From Octopus sinensis (taxonomy: Eukaryota): DNA of 64,000 nucleotides. The stretch spans positions 70,618,001-70,682,000 of the forward strand of contig NC_043002.1 of the NCBI RefSeq assembly GCF_006345805.1, in the 5' to 3' direction. Position numbers and translations under genes: made by a program. The notes under the pieces are model-generated. The model ran no database searches. It saw only the letters and a list, made by a program, of their open reading frames with translations, and was not told the origin of the DNA. Shown piece after piece: positions 14,458 through 27,458 of the stretch. How positions within the stretch are numbered: position 1 is the first letter of the stretch; every line of letters starts with the position of its first letter.

Positions 14458-14540
14458 TCAGGTCACTGCTTGGAATCGAATTCGGAATCTTGGGGTAAGT
14501 AGCCCGCGCTCTTAACCACTACGCCATATTCCCGTGGGCA
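14458..14540 (-). mobile_element. tRNA-like SINE head
   Basis: Minus strand TGGCGTAGTGGTTAAGAGCGCGGG...GAATTCGATTCC (A and B boxes), followed by (TAA)n. Confidence 0.65.
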
Positions 14541-14811
14541 TATGTAAATAATGTAAATAATTCGAAGGAAATGTTAGCCATTTTTCATGGTTTCTAGGGA
14601 AAAGCAAGTAGTAAACAACAGTTGCTCGTCAAAGACAAAAATCATGTTGCACATTGTTATTTTGTAGCATATGTTCGCTATACAAAAGTCACGAAGTACC
14701 ATGAGATCGATTGTTGATTATCAAAAACTATTGCTTCTAATATATTGATCGGTGGTTGAGTACGTGGTTAGTGGGTTGTTATCAAATGTCGCTTGTTGAT
14801 TTTATTGGCTA

Positions 14812-15035
14812 CTAGCAGTATCGCCCGGCGTTGCAGTTTGTTTAGACCCTTTAGAATTGGAATTTTTGAAAAGTAAAAATTTGGCAGTATATAGCTTGTT
14901 ATTCTGTTTAAGCGAAATACCCCGAAAAATGCGACACAGCAGTCAAAACATCGTAAAAATAGGGATTTTCATAGAAAAAAGGCACCTTTTTATTGTAAAT
15001 TATTTTTAATGATCCAATTTGAATTTTTTCTTCTA
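14812..15035 (-). mobile_element. Non-autonomous Helitron 3' fragment
   Basis: Minus strand ends gcaacgccgggcgatactgCTAG; internal sequence matches about 42380-42640. Confidence 0.65.
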
Positions 15036-15604
15036 CGGAAGGAAGAGATAGCCTTATATACTTACATATATATATGATGATATATATTATATAGTAATAC
15101 GAAAAAACCCTCCAGGCTACATCCCGAAAATTCATTTCTTTGCCGAATTTCTATAATGTTTACGGCGATTCGTTTTTATATCTTGATTTTTTATTTTTCA
15201 TGCTTGCATGCGTGGTGAACACAGTTCACGTCAAACAGCTGACTGAGTAAAGTTCACTATTCAATGCATGGGATAAGGCCTAAACTAACACATTATCGAT
15301 GTTTGCACTTGCGAGATAAATTTCGGAACAGAAATAGCGCAGTTCAATTTTCATTTGCCTAAACTTTAAGTGACCCATTTTTGGCGGTTCTTCGATTTGT
15401 TGACTAGGAGGAGATGTGCCAGGAAGTTAAACACACAGATACACACACAGACACACAAGTTGAGTTTTATATATATAGATGTGCTTTGTGAGTATATGCC
15501 TCGTGTCTGTCTTAATTTTGCATGATAGAGGGGAGCGCAGGAGTCCTTATGTTCTTTTATTGTTTGATAAGAATCGAATTTTTTATCAAACAATTCACAA
15601 TAAT

Positions 15605-15800
15605 GTTGGGTTGTCCAGAAAGTTCGTGCCGATTTTTAAAGGAAAGAAAAAGATCAATAAATACTTGCCATTACATTTTTAATCGACCAAATACGAACCA
15701 TTTTGTTGCACAATGCGTCTTCATCTTTCCTTTAACTTGAAAATACCTTCTTCCAGAATTGAGGTGGTTTCATGACAAAGAATTCATCAAGGTATCATAC
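15605..15800 (-). mobile_element. Mariner 3' end fragment
   Basis: TIR-like TTGGGTTGTCCAGAAAGTT. Minus translation YLDEFFVMKPPQFW...RIVQQNGSYLVD* resembles the mariner C-terminus. Confidence 0.6.
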
Positions 15801-17418
15801 ACTAGAAGATTGCGTATCTTCTAGTATTATTAATATTCTTTACTACTCTAGGTACAAGGCCCCAAATTTTTGGGGGAGGGGTCCAGTCGATTAGATCGAC
15901 CCAATTTCGCAACTGGTACTTAATTTATCGACCTCGAAAGGATGCAAGGCAATGTCTACCTCGGTGGAATTTGAACTCACCAAGTTTTATTGATATTATT
16001 AAAGCGATGGCGGAGTGGATGAATTACTGAGGTGTTTGATTAAATGCTTTGTCTTTTTTGTGTCTTGAAGTCAATGAAAAAAGGACAAGTTCGTGACTGA
16101 TGCAAAGCGGCTTTATGCACGCAAACCATACCTGTAGAGTTTCTTTGTGATGAAGTAAAAATGCAATAAATGAAAAAAGGACCTGAACACGAGAGAGGTA
16201 TAGTTTGTGTCGGTAGCAAACTACAACGTTTGCAGGTATTACACGCAATAAACCTCAAGCACACAGACAAATCTACAACACTGCTACGACATCATCCATT
16301 CAACGCCTTCCTCATAAACCACAATCGTTCTTACCCTTAAAACTCCAGGTATATTTTGAACACAATCACAGCTTCCTCCGGCGTAAACACATTAGTAAAC
16401 ATGTATATACAAAACCTACATCAAACTTGTCTCAATCACAGTGCTGGAGTGAACGCCATTAAGAGTGGAACACATTCAGAGTGGAACAGCCACAGAGACG
16501 ACGTTCCAAACACGTAATAGAAAACAAGGAAACATGACTTACGTTTGGTAAGAGATGAGGGTAACAACTGTATTTCAGAAGATTACGGACTGTCCACTGT
16601 TCTCAACAAAACCAACTACTTTCAGAATTATCACTGAATGTCCAAAAATGTTTCACTTATCCACTGATGCCGACAGTGTCTAATGACACCGCTAGTTTCT
16701 GACGCTGTCAGGAGTGTCCCCTTCGTCCGAGTGTAAAAACGATTCTCATCTCAAGTTGAATGACACTTGAATTATAACAAGCTATTATTATCTACAGTCA
16801 AACTTCACTAAACAAACACTGAATATATCTTATTTTTAATCATCGAGTGTTTTGAAATAGTGTACGTGTTTTCGTTGTTGTTATTGATAGACTTTAGGAG
16901 TGTTTTTTGTAGTTTGGTTGGATTAAAGGGTGTTATGGTTACGGTAATGATATTAGAAGTGGTAGTGGTGGTGGTAGTGGTAGTTGTGGTTGTTGTTGTT
17001 GTTGTTGTTGTGGTGGTGGTGGTGGCGGTGGTGGTGGTAGTGGTGGTGGTAGTGGTAGTGGTGGTTATAGTGGTGGTGATGGAGTAGTGGAGTGACTTTT
17101 GTGGGAGTGGTTACAGTGAGATATTGATGAGATTGTGAAATTAATGATGGTGATGTAGTAGCGATGGTGCATATCGCAGATGGACAGTCAGTCCTTTACG
17201 ACTGGATACAAATTTATAGAAGACTCAAAGTGGTTTGTTAGAATGATTTGAAACGAAGCGCAGACGTTACAGATGTGTGCTTTCACTGAACACAATTGGG
17301 CCTGGCTTGGAAAAGACACTTATTTGTCCCTTTAAGAGATAAACTGGTGTCAAGTTTTGCTAAAACCTTCATCACAGACCACTTTTCGATTTCTGTTCGC
17401 AAGCAGAATGATATAAAT

Positions 17419-17459
<41 letters not shown>

Positions 17460-17461
<2 letters not shown>

Positions 17462-18204
17462 GGTTATCCGTAATAATGAAGGGTGAAATTAATTAATTTG
17501 GAATAATTATCAATTACACCAAGTAGTCTTCGGCATGTAAAAGCCTCATTCGAGGAAAATTTAAGTAATACTAAGCAATAAGGGTTTAGCAACGAATTGC
17601 CTTACCACATACCGAATTTAGAAATAGCAGTCAAAGGGTTATAGCTATTTCTTCTACTAAAAAGGGAGATCTCAGTAAAAACAGCAATTGGAAGGCTGAC
17701 ACAAACAGGTAAGAGAGAATGAATTAACTGCAATCTATCAAACATTTTTAAAGTTATCTACGGACGTACGTTTCGAAATCAAGTTTTTAGGAAAGCATAA
17801 GAATTAAATATTAAATATTAAATAATTCTATCTTACCGAAACTTCTTTTCTCTTCAGCGTAGAATACTATAATCATAAATGATTATATATTGAATTTTGA
17901 GATACTAGGAGGCACCAACTCAACTTAGTATCAGAGCGAGCTAGAATCCGCAACTAGTATCACCGAATTCAAATTTGTGAATGAAACGATTGTGTCAACA
18001 GCCCCTTCCCACCCGCGTGTAGCCAAAACAAGATGCTGTGGTCATCTACTGAGATAAAATATGGTTATCCGTAATAATGAAGGGTGAAATTAATTAATTT
18101 GGAATAATTATCAATTACACCAAGTAGTCTTCGGCATGTAAAAGCCTCATTCGAGGAAAATTTAAGTAATACTAAGCAATAAGGGTTTAGCAACGAATTG
18201 CCTT
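17460..18204 (-). mobile_element. 601 bp monomer with 144 bp identical terminal direct repeats, carrying an HHR
   Basis: 17460-17603 equals 18061-18204. Minus-strand HHR at 17757-17863 (CUGAAGA...long stem II...GAAACGUA). Adjacent to (TA)n. Confidence 0.75.
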
Positions 18205-18368
18205 TCTCTGTCTCTCTTGTTATACATATATATATATATATATATATATGTATAACAAGAGAGACAGAGAAAGGCAGAAACAAGGAAAATGCCACTTATA
18301 TTTGAACACTATACAAATATTCTTTTAAAAAAACTTTTCTTTTAATTTTTATAAACTTAATTTAATAG

Positions 18369-18411
18369 TTACAGTTGAAAAGGTCTCAAATTACCGAAAC
18401 CGGTACTGAAA
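18369..18411 (+). ncRNA. Minimal type I hammerhead, U3-A8 core variant
   Basis: UUACAG-UUGAAAA-GGU cucaaauu ACC-GAAA-CCGG-UA-CUGAAA; GUA site, palindromic stem III. Confidence 0.65.
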
Positions 18412-18460
18412 TGTTCTTTATAAAATAATTTTAGCATTTTCTATCTTGACTTGTTTTTTC

Positions 18461-18535
<75 letters not shown>

Positions 18536-18542
18536 CATATTA

Positions 18543-18600
<58 letters not shown>

Positions 18601-18651
18601 CATATATACATACATATATATATATATACATACATATATATATATACATAC

Positions 18652-18726
<75 letters not shown>

Positions 18727-18779
18727 CATACATATATATATATACATACATATATATATATATACATACATATATATAT

Positions 18780-18868
<89 letters not shown>

Positions 18869-18885
18869 CATATATATATATATAT

Positions 18886-18926
<41 letters not shown>

Positions 18927-18927
18927 T

Positions 18928-18966
<39 letters not shown>

Positions 18967-18968
18967 CA

Positions 18969-19000
<32 letters not shown>

Positions 19001-19030
19001 CATATATATATATAATATATATATACATAC

Positions 19031-19061
<31 letters not shown>

Positions 19062-19089
19062 CATACATATATATATATATATACATACA

Positions 19090-19153
<64 letters not shown>

Positions 19154-19200
19154 CATACATATATATATATATATACATACATGTATATATATATACATAC

Positions 19201-19242
<42 letters not shown>

Positions 19243-19413
19243 ATACATATATATATATATACATACATGTATATATATACATACATATATATATATATAT
19301 ATACATACATATATATATATATATACATACATATATATATATATATACATACATATACATATATATAAATACATATATATATACATATATATATATACAT
19401 ACATATATATATA
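18461..19413. repeat. ~950 bp (TA)n/(TACA)n microsatellite
   Basis: Directly visible. Confidence 0.95.
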
Positions 19414-22400
19414 TAACTTAGAATAACTTAGAAAGGTTTTGGCCAGTATTGGCTCAGGACATGTCTAACTTAATAGCACCACCTGGCGAAGTCTTTCAAT
19501 TCAGGATTTGGGCACCGAGGCCCATTCGAGCAGAGAGTTATTGTTTGCAGAGACATATCCGGGTGTGGGTGGTTTGTCCGGTACTGTTTGAAGGAATTTG
19601 TCCAAAGACTTCTTGAATTTTGTGTGGTCAGTTTCTGTTTTGACGTGTCCTGGTGTAATGTTGAAGAGAGCGGGTCCAATTGAGGTGAAATAATTGTGCC
19701 GTATTGTCGTTATGTGATGCGATTTAGATTTTTGTTGTGGACGGATGGCACGTGGTCCAAGCCTTGGATGTGATTTTGAAGGTGATGCCAACATCATTTG
19801 GACAGTGCTGATGGAATATTTTCCACATCATACAGATCATGTAGCGTTCACGGCGTCGTTGGAGGGAATACAGTTTCAGTTTCTCTAGTCTACCCCAGTA
19901 GTCAAGGTCTGACATGCCATCTATCTTTTTCGTGATTGACCTTTGGGGAGCTTCAATTCTCATAATATTTTGTTTTGTATAGGGAGACCACAGTGGACAG
20001 CAGTATTCAAGGTGGGGTCGGGCAAAAGTTGAGAAGAGAATGGTGTGGGAATCTCTCGACTGGAAGGTTCTGAGAATCCAGGAACACATTCTGCGGGCCA
20101 TGTCAACTTTGCTGCTTATATGTGTAGCCCAGCTTATGTTGTTTTCCACTTTTACTCCCAAGTCTCTGATGTTGTTAGACGCCATGAGAATTTCTCCAGA
20201 AGGAAGGGAGTATGGGAGTTTCAGAGCGTCCTCCCTTCCAAAGTGGATCAGTTCGAATTTGTCTTCGTTTAGCAACATGTTGTTCTTTTCCGCCCATTGG
20301 ACAACAGCCAGTAGGTCTGACGGAAGGCTTATTCGGTCATCCACGCCATTGATGACCTTCTGGATCTTGGAATCATCAGCGAAGGTTCTGATGTTACTGT
20401 GTTTGATGGTGTCAGTAATATGATTAATGTAGATGATGAAGAGAAGTGGGCCCAACACAGTGCCTTGTGGGACACCACTGCTGACTTTGGCTGGGCTGGA
20501 TTTGACTCCTTCGACTACAACATGTTGGGTTCTGTTAGACAGGAAGCACTTGATCCACTGCAGAAGCTTTCCAGTGACACCAATATTGGACAGCTTTCTC
20601 AAAAGGATCTTATGATCAACCCTTTCAAAGGCCTTGCTGAAATCAAGGTAGATGACATCAGTGTTGGAACCCTCTCCCAAGGCTCTCAAAATGTCATCAA
20701 AATGATGCAGTAGCTGCGTCAGGCAATCTCTTCCATTACGGAATCCATGCTAGTTAGAGTTCAGCATATTATGACTCTCAAGGAAGTGAGTCATACGCGA
20801 TCTCAGCACTCTCTCAAATACCTTAATGATATGAGAGGTGAGTGAGACTGGGCGGTAATTCACGGCAAGCGATTTGTTTCCTTTTTTGAAAACTGGGACA
20901 ACATACTGGGATAGAAGGTCTTCTGGTATATATCCAGCATCCAGTGAGTTCCGCCACAGATTGGCTAGACGGGGTGCAAGTTGGTGTTGACACATCTTCA
21001 AGACACAAGCAGGGAACCTATCGGGACCTACTGCTGAATTATGCTTCATTTCCTTTATTGCTGCTAAGACATCAGGAGCGCCAAATGTTATGTCCGATAA
21101 AGTGTATTGGGGAGTAACATCACAGATACAGCCCAGATCAGTCATATCAGGATTGCTGAAAACAGAGCAATATTGTTTCTGCAATATCTCTCCCATGGTT
21201 TTGGCATTGTTTTAAAGAGTACCATTTTCATCAATCAGAGGGCCAACAGTAGAACCAGTGACTCTGTGTTTTTTTGCAAATGAAAAGAACACTTTGGGAT
21301 TGAGTTTGATCTTCTCAATGGCTCAGGCCTCTTCAGCTCTTCTCTGACTATTGATGATAGACATGATGTTGTTTTGGAGTTTATGTTTTTTAATCTCTAG
21401 CGACGAGATGGCAGTCAGGCTGGTGTGTTGCTCTTTACAGTATTTCAGCTTGTTGATTTTTTTGTTAATTCTTTTAATTTTTCTAATGAGAGATTTTCTA
21501 TTTCTAGGGATTCGACACTTAGATTTGTTTGCAGATCTTAATGGGGTGTGTTTTGCACATATGTTCGTAATGGTGTCTACAAATGACTGCCAGGACTTTT
21601 TGACGTTTTTGATGTTAGTGGGTGTGTATGTGTGCGTGAAGGACCAATCGACTTGTGCAAGATCATTATTGATCGCGTCCCAGTTTGCATTGTGGAAATC
21701 CATAGTGTCAAATGGATGAACAGGAGGGATGACATTTGTTTTGCATTTTGGCCGGTGAAATCTCAGATCACAGAGAACCATGTCATGATCAGAGAGTAGA
21801 GTTTTCTCCACTGCAATATTGTGGATAGTATCAGTGTGATTGCTGAAAATTAAGTCTAAGACGTTTTTGTGACATCTCGTTGGTTCGAGCACCAGTTGGG
21901 ACAGGAAGAAATCATCCATGAAGTCAAGAAGTGATTCCACTGCCTCCCTGTCAGGGGTTGAGAGAGAAGAACCTGGCGGCAGACTGTTTGTAGACCAGTC
22001 AACCCCGGGAAGGTTGAAGTCTCCCATCATTAAAATGTTGTCAGGTTGACACTGCTGAATGAAACACTTTATGTTGTTGAGGCATTCCTTGAAGCATGGC
22101 AGGGGCGTTTGGGGTGGTCTGTAGATCCCAACTACTGTTAAGTTGTTGGTTTGACTGAATACAGCGAGTGCTTCGCAGTATCAATTTGAAAATATGTTCA
22201 TAGCTTCTGTTGAGAATGAATCATGAACATAAATGGCAGTCCCACCCTTTCTTCTGCCAGCACGATCAGCACGAATGGCTTTGAAATTTTTAACTTTCAC
22301 CTCGGCTTCCAAGTGGAGGTTACTAAGATGGGTTTCAGTGAGGACGAAGAAAGGGATGTGGTTTGGGTGGGCATCGACCCGGTCCTCCAGGAATTTTATC

Positions 22401-23101
22401 TTCCATTTTTGAGTATTGGTGGAAGGGCTGATGCATTGGGCATTAAGCAAAAATGTTGAGGCGAGAGTGGATGGTTTTAATTGTATTGGTGTTTTGTTTA
22501 TTTGATTGCTTTTTAATGGCATGTGCAGTGGGGGTGATAGTGGTGGATGGTGGTGGGTGATAGCTCGGATGTTTCTTTCCAGTTCTTTTGCTTGATTCAT
22601 TATAGCTAAAAAAAAGAGGAAGAAGTTTCCTGTCTAGGGAATTGTAGGTGACTGTGGTTGCTATTTTTATATGAGTGGTTATTTCTATATGAGTTGTAGG
22701 TTTTTGGGTTTATATTTTTATTTTTATTATCATTTGTCCGACGAGTCCCCGGGAGATGGGTAAAAGGACAATCCCTGTGCAAACTCAATCTGTCTCGCTG
22801 GGAATAGCGGCAGATTTGGGGAGTCCTTGTTTGAGATATTGGTGGTTGTGGTGGTGTTGAAATAGAGTATGTATTATGGTTGTGGCTTTTGTAGTTTGTA
22901 GGGATAGTGCTTTTTGTCCCAAGTAAATTTGCAGTCTCTATCAGTGCACAATCTATGGCGGAGAGAATAACGGCAAATGATGGGGTTTCGAGTGGGTGTG
23001 TAGGTACGTATGTGAGTTGTGAGAGGTGTGGATGATAGTTTGTTGAGGTTTTGGCGACCTTTGTGACCGGTGGAAATAGTAGGAGGTAGATTCCTTGAGG
23101 T

Positions 23102-23154
<53 letters not shown>

Positions 23155-24285
23155 GTAGAAGAGATGTTGACAGTGATGATGATTGATTCCATGAGATAGC
23201 GGTAGACAAAGATGTTTTTGGTTTGATAATGTTTGTAGTAATAGTAGTAGTAGGCAGAAGAGATGATGTTGACAGTGATGATGATTGAGCTACTGGGGCA
23301 GTGAAAGGAAGGGATGGTGCTTCCTGCTGTGAGACCCTGGGGACTGGGGTGTCAATCGTTTCGTTTAACAAATTGTCGATTGTAGATGAATCAAGGAGTG
23401 GTTCATTCTGTTGTTGTTGCCGCTGTTGTTGTTGTTGCTGCCGCTGAGGTTGTTGTTGTTGTTGTTGCTGTTGTTTTTGTTGCCGTTGAGGTTGTTGCTG
23501 TTGATGCTGCGGAAGTTGTTGTTGTTGTTGTTGCGCCGGCGATGTGTTCGAAGAGAAAACAGATCTCAATTTATCGAAGTGTTTATCGATTAATTTAAAA
23601 GCAACTTCGATTTGCTTTAATTTATTTTGAATCTGCTGTTCTGATCGAGTTAGCAAAATATGAACTGTCCGTTCAGCAATTTCGTTCAGACACGAAGCAC
23701 CTATGTTTTCCGTTTGGGTAAGGCAATGCCATGTATTTATAAGAACGTCGATTTCATTATCAGACCAATTTTTTTTTAACTATTGATGGCTAGCCATTCC
23801 GGTGGATAAATTTCACTAAGTTTTATTTTATTCGTTTGTTTTGTTGATTTTTTTATTTATTTATTCTTTGTATGTAGAATAGAATAGATTGTACAGAATA
23901 TTTGCTGTAATACTGAGAAATATGTGATTGTATTTGAATTATGAGCTTGCAGTAATTTTATCTTTCTTTTCTTCTCTTTTTTTTCCCCTTTTTCTAATTT
24001 TTATTGTGTGGGTGATCTTTTAGTTATCAGAAGGTGTTGACGGGGTGTATATATAAATAAATACTCTCTCATAAGAGTGTGTGGTTTTGCTTAATTTGGT
24101 CGTGTGAAATTTATGAAAATAATTTGTAGTTAAAGAAAAGTCTACTCACGAGTCGGGAAACGCGTGGTTTCGAATGTATAGGAATATAAGTGACGGTCAA
24201 TTTCGTTTGTAGTTGTGAAGCTTGCTGCTGACCAGCGCGGAGAGGAGTAAAACACGTCTTTATACTTCAACAATCAACGACATAT
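19414..24285 (-). mobile_element. Near full-length, inactivated CR1/L2-group non-LTR retrotransposon (ORF1; APE endonuclease; RT)
   Basis: APE motifs (LTETHL, GGTAIYV, MGDFNLP, LDLIFSN, SDH) and RT motifs (NYRPVSLTS, GVPQGTVLGPLLF, FADDSK, RPHLEYCCPLW, LYSLQRRRER) split by stops and frameshifts. Short tandem 3' tail (TCTAAGTTAT)2. Both flanks are TA-type microsatellite. Confidence 0.9.
22606..23797 (-). pseudogene. LINE ORF1 (disrupted): Myb/SANT-like N-terminus, poly-Q, poly-T, two CCCH-like fingers
   Basis: In frame from ATG at 23797: MASHQ*LKKNWSDNEIDVLINTW...RSEQQIQNKLKQI. C-terminal ICRYSLRHRLCTDRDCKFT and ICRYSQRDRLSLHRDCPFTH. Confidence 0.6.
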
Positions 24286-24352
<67 letters not shown>

Positions 24353-24650
24353 ATTTTAATTGATTTGCTTTTCGTAGGAAGGAAGTTTTCTTCGAAGTAT
24401 ACGTCTCGCTTTTATCCTTCGAAACGTTTAGTAGATGAAACCTTAGCGACTGAAGAAGGGGATTTTTCGTTGTGCTTATTGTCCTGTATCTCTTTTTTTG
24501 CTTGTCTTGTTCCTTGGTTTGTGTCTATGTTTTTCGTCTCTCTATGTGTTCGACGTCTTTTTGGTGTCCTGTACACATATATGCGTGTATATGTACATGT
24601 AGAGGTAGGTACGTACATATATGTTTATATATATGCATATGTTCTATTTT

Positions 24651-24699
<49 letters not shown>

Positions 24700-24806
24700 A
24701 ATATATAATATATATATATATACATACATATATATATACACATATATATATATATATATACATATATATATTTATATATATATATTCATATGTATAAATA
24801 TATATA

Positions 24807-24838
<32 letters not shown>

Positions 24839-24898
24839 CATACATACATATATATATATATACATATATATACATATATATATATATACATACATATA

Positions 24899-24938
<40 letters not shown>

Positions 24939-24997
24939 CATACATATATATATATACATATATATCTACATACATATATATATATACATATATATAT

Positions 24998-25055
<58 letters not shown>

Positions 25056-25056
<1 letters not shown>

Positions 25057-25945
25057 GGATCTTTTCAATTCTGAAGCCAGTTTTTTCAAATTTTTCCTAC
25101 TGAACCAAACAATTTGAAACTTCGTATACTGGTAGAATGTGTCAAAAGTAAACTTAATTGTAAACCAGAATGAAAACGGAATTGTAACTTCTAAGTTTAA
25201 CGTTGTTTAATAATTAGAATTTTAACCAATGATATTCCGTCATTCGGCTTTATTTTATTTACTCCGTCTCGACCACCAATTTGGTGACGTATTAAACATC
25301 TTAAATGTAAACAAGCCGCATGTCTCCGTGAAATCTCCTTCTAATTATTTAACGTACTCATGTTTCCAGGATCCTATAGTCAGCCACCTTCTAATAACAA
25401 TATTTAAAACTAGTTAATAAGCCACATGTATTAAATTGAAAATGTTTCCATTCTGTTAGTACTTGCTTTCGTTTGCTATTAAGAAGTGGCATCTCAGTGA
25501 CGAGGCTTCTAACAAGATTTCGTTTCTAAGCTAATGCGTTTCATTTCACTTATTGTATTTATTTGTGCAAAAGGCAAGAAATTTAATATTAAAAAAGCAA
25601 AGAGCTGGCAGAAACGTTAGCACGCCGGGCGAAATGCGTAGCCGTATTTCGTCTGCCGTTACGTTCTGTGTTTGTTTACAGTTTTCCGAACGTTAGTACG
25701 TCACAAAAGCGCTTTCTACGTCACACTAATAGAATGCAGTCAAGTTTTACACATGAAAACAAACAATCTGATTGGTTAAAATTCGCAGTTTTAATCTACG
25801 ATTAAAGTCATAAAATAGATTTTTCTCAAATAAACTAGTTCCAACCTGTGTCTTGTTTTGCTAGACTCTATCAGCATACGAAGTTTCAGAATATTTAGTT
25901 AAGTAGAAAGATCTGTGGTCCTGGCTTCAGAATTGAAAAGATCCC
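25056..25945. mobile_element. Non-autonomous TIR element (MITE) with 25 bp TIRs and 6 bp TSD
   Basis: (A/G)GGATCTTTTCAATTCTGAAGCCAG ... CTGGCTTCAGAATTGAAAAGATCCC, with ACATAT on both sides. Confidence 0.8.
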
Positions 25946-25964
25946 ACATATATATATATATACA

Positions 25965-26064
<100 letters not shown>

Positions 26065-26275
26065 CATATATATATACATACATATATATATGTATATACA
26101 TATATATATATACATACATATATATATACACATATATATATATATATATGTATGTATGTATATGTATATACATATATATATATACATACATATATATATA
26201 CACATATATATATATATGTATGTATGTATATATATATACATATATATAAACATACGTATATATATATACACATAC

Positions 26276-26310
<35 letters not shown>

Positions 26311-26410
26311 CATACATATATATACACATACATATATATATATATACATACATATATATATATATACATACATATATATTCACACATATATATATATATA
26401 CATACATATA

Positions 26411-26982
26411 TATAAGTACATTAAAAGGCTTCCAATAAAGGAGCAAGTGCTTGATACACAAAGAGAGGATAAATTCATGAAATGGAAAGAAAATTAAAAG
26501 CGTTTACCATCTCAGCCAATCTTGTACTGCAGTTTCGTCTTTTTTTTTGCAAATGGATAGAATTCATCTGCCAAGGCCAGACTCGTCAGCAAGAAGCCTT
26601 TATAATCCAAGCTATACATATCGCTAGAAGTACGTGCAAAACTAACGATTTGTATATCTAACTTTTCAGTCCAATGCGCAGATGCAAACCATACCCGGCG
26701 AAAAGAGAGCATGCCGTTAAAATTTACGAGCAAATTTATCGAGCAATATTTAAAACATTGTAAAAAGGGTAATAAAAATAAAAATTATTATTACCAGCGA
26801 CCTAGCACAATAGACAAGTTAGTCATTAGACTATACGTTATTCATATATAAGTATATTAAAAGGCTTCCAATAAAGAAGCAAGTGCTAGATACACAAAGA
26901 GGGGATAAATTCATGAAATGGAAAGAAAATTAAAAACGTTTACCATCTCAGCCAATCTTGTACTGCAGTATCGTCTTTTTTT
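26411..26982 (-). mobile_element. 436 bp monomer with ~135 bp terminal direct repeats, carrying an HHR
   Basis: 26411-26545 is nearly identical to 26847-26982; both flanks are (TA)n. Confidence 0.8.
26520..26594 (-). ncRNA. Type I hammerhead ribozyme, canonical core, extended stem II
   Basis: Minus strand UCUUG-CUGACGA-GUC...GCAGAUG loop CAUUUGC...GAC-GAAA-CUGCAG-UA-CAAGA. Confidence 0.8.
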
Positions 26983-27250
26983 AATATATATATGCATATA
27001 TATATATATATATATATATATACATGCATCTATGTGTGTATGTTTGTGTGTCTGAGTTTGCCCACCCACCATTGTATGACAAGCGATGCTGGGGTGTTTA
27101 CGTCCCCTAAATCTAGCGGCTCGACCAAAGACGGTGCTCCAGTATGACCGCTGTCAAATGACTGAAGCAAGTAGCAAAATGAAAGAAATATAACTAATTC
27201 ATACGATACTTAAGAGTTCCAGATTATCTTTGCGATTTCGGCTGGTTTAA

Positions 27251-27344
<94 letters not shown>

Positions 27345-27351
27345 ATATCTA

Positions 27352-27406
<55 letters not shown>
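27251..27406. repeat. (TCTA)n followed by (TA)n
   Basis: Directly visible. Confidence 0.95.
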
Positions 27407-27411
<5 letters not shown>

Positions 27412-27412
<1 letters not shown>

Positions 27413-27458
27413 AAACTGTCCGACGAACGGGAACGTGAAACTCCGAGTAACAGCTTTT
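27412..27458 (+). ncRNA. Hammerhead motif with U4C substitution (probably decayed)
   Basis: CUGU-CCGACGA-ACG ggaa CGU-GAAA-CUC c GAG-UA-ACAG. Confidence 0.5.
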
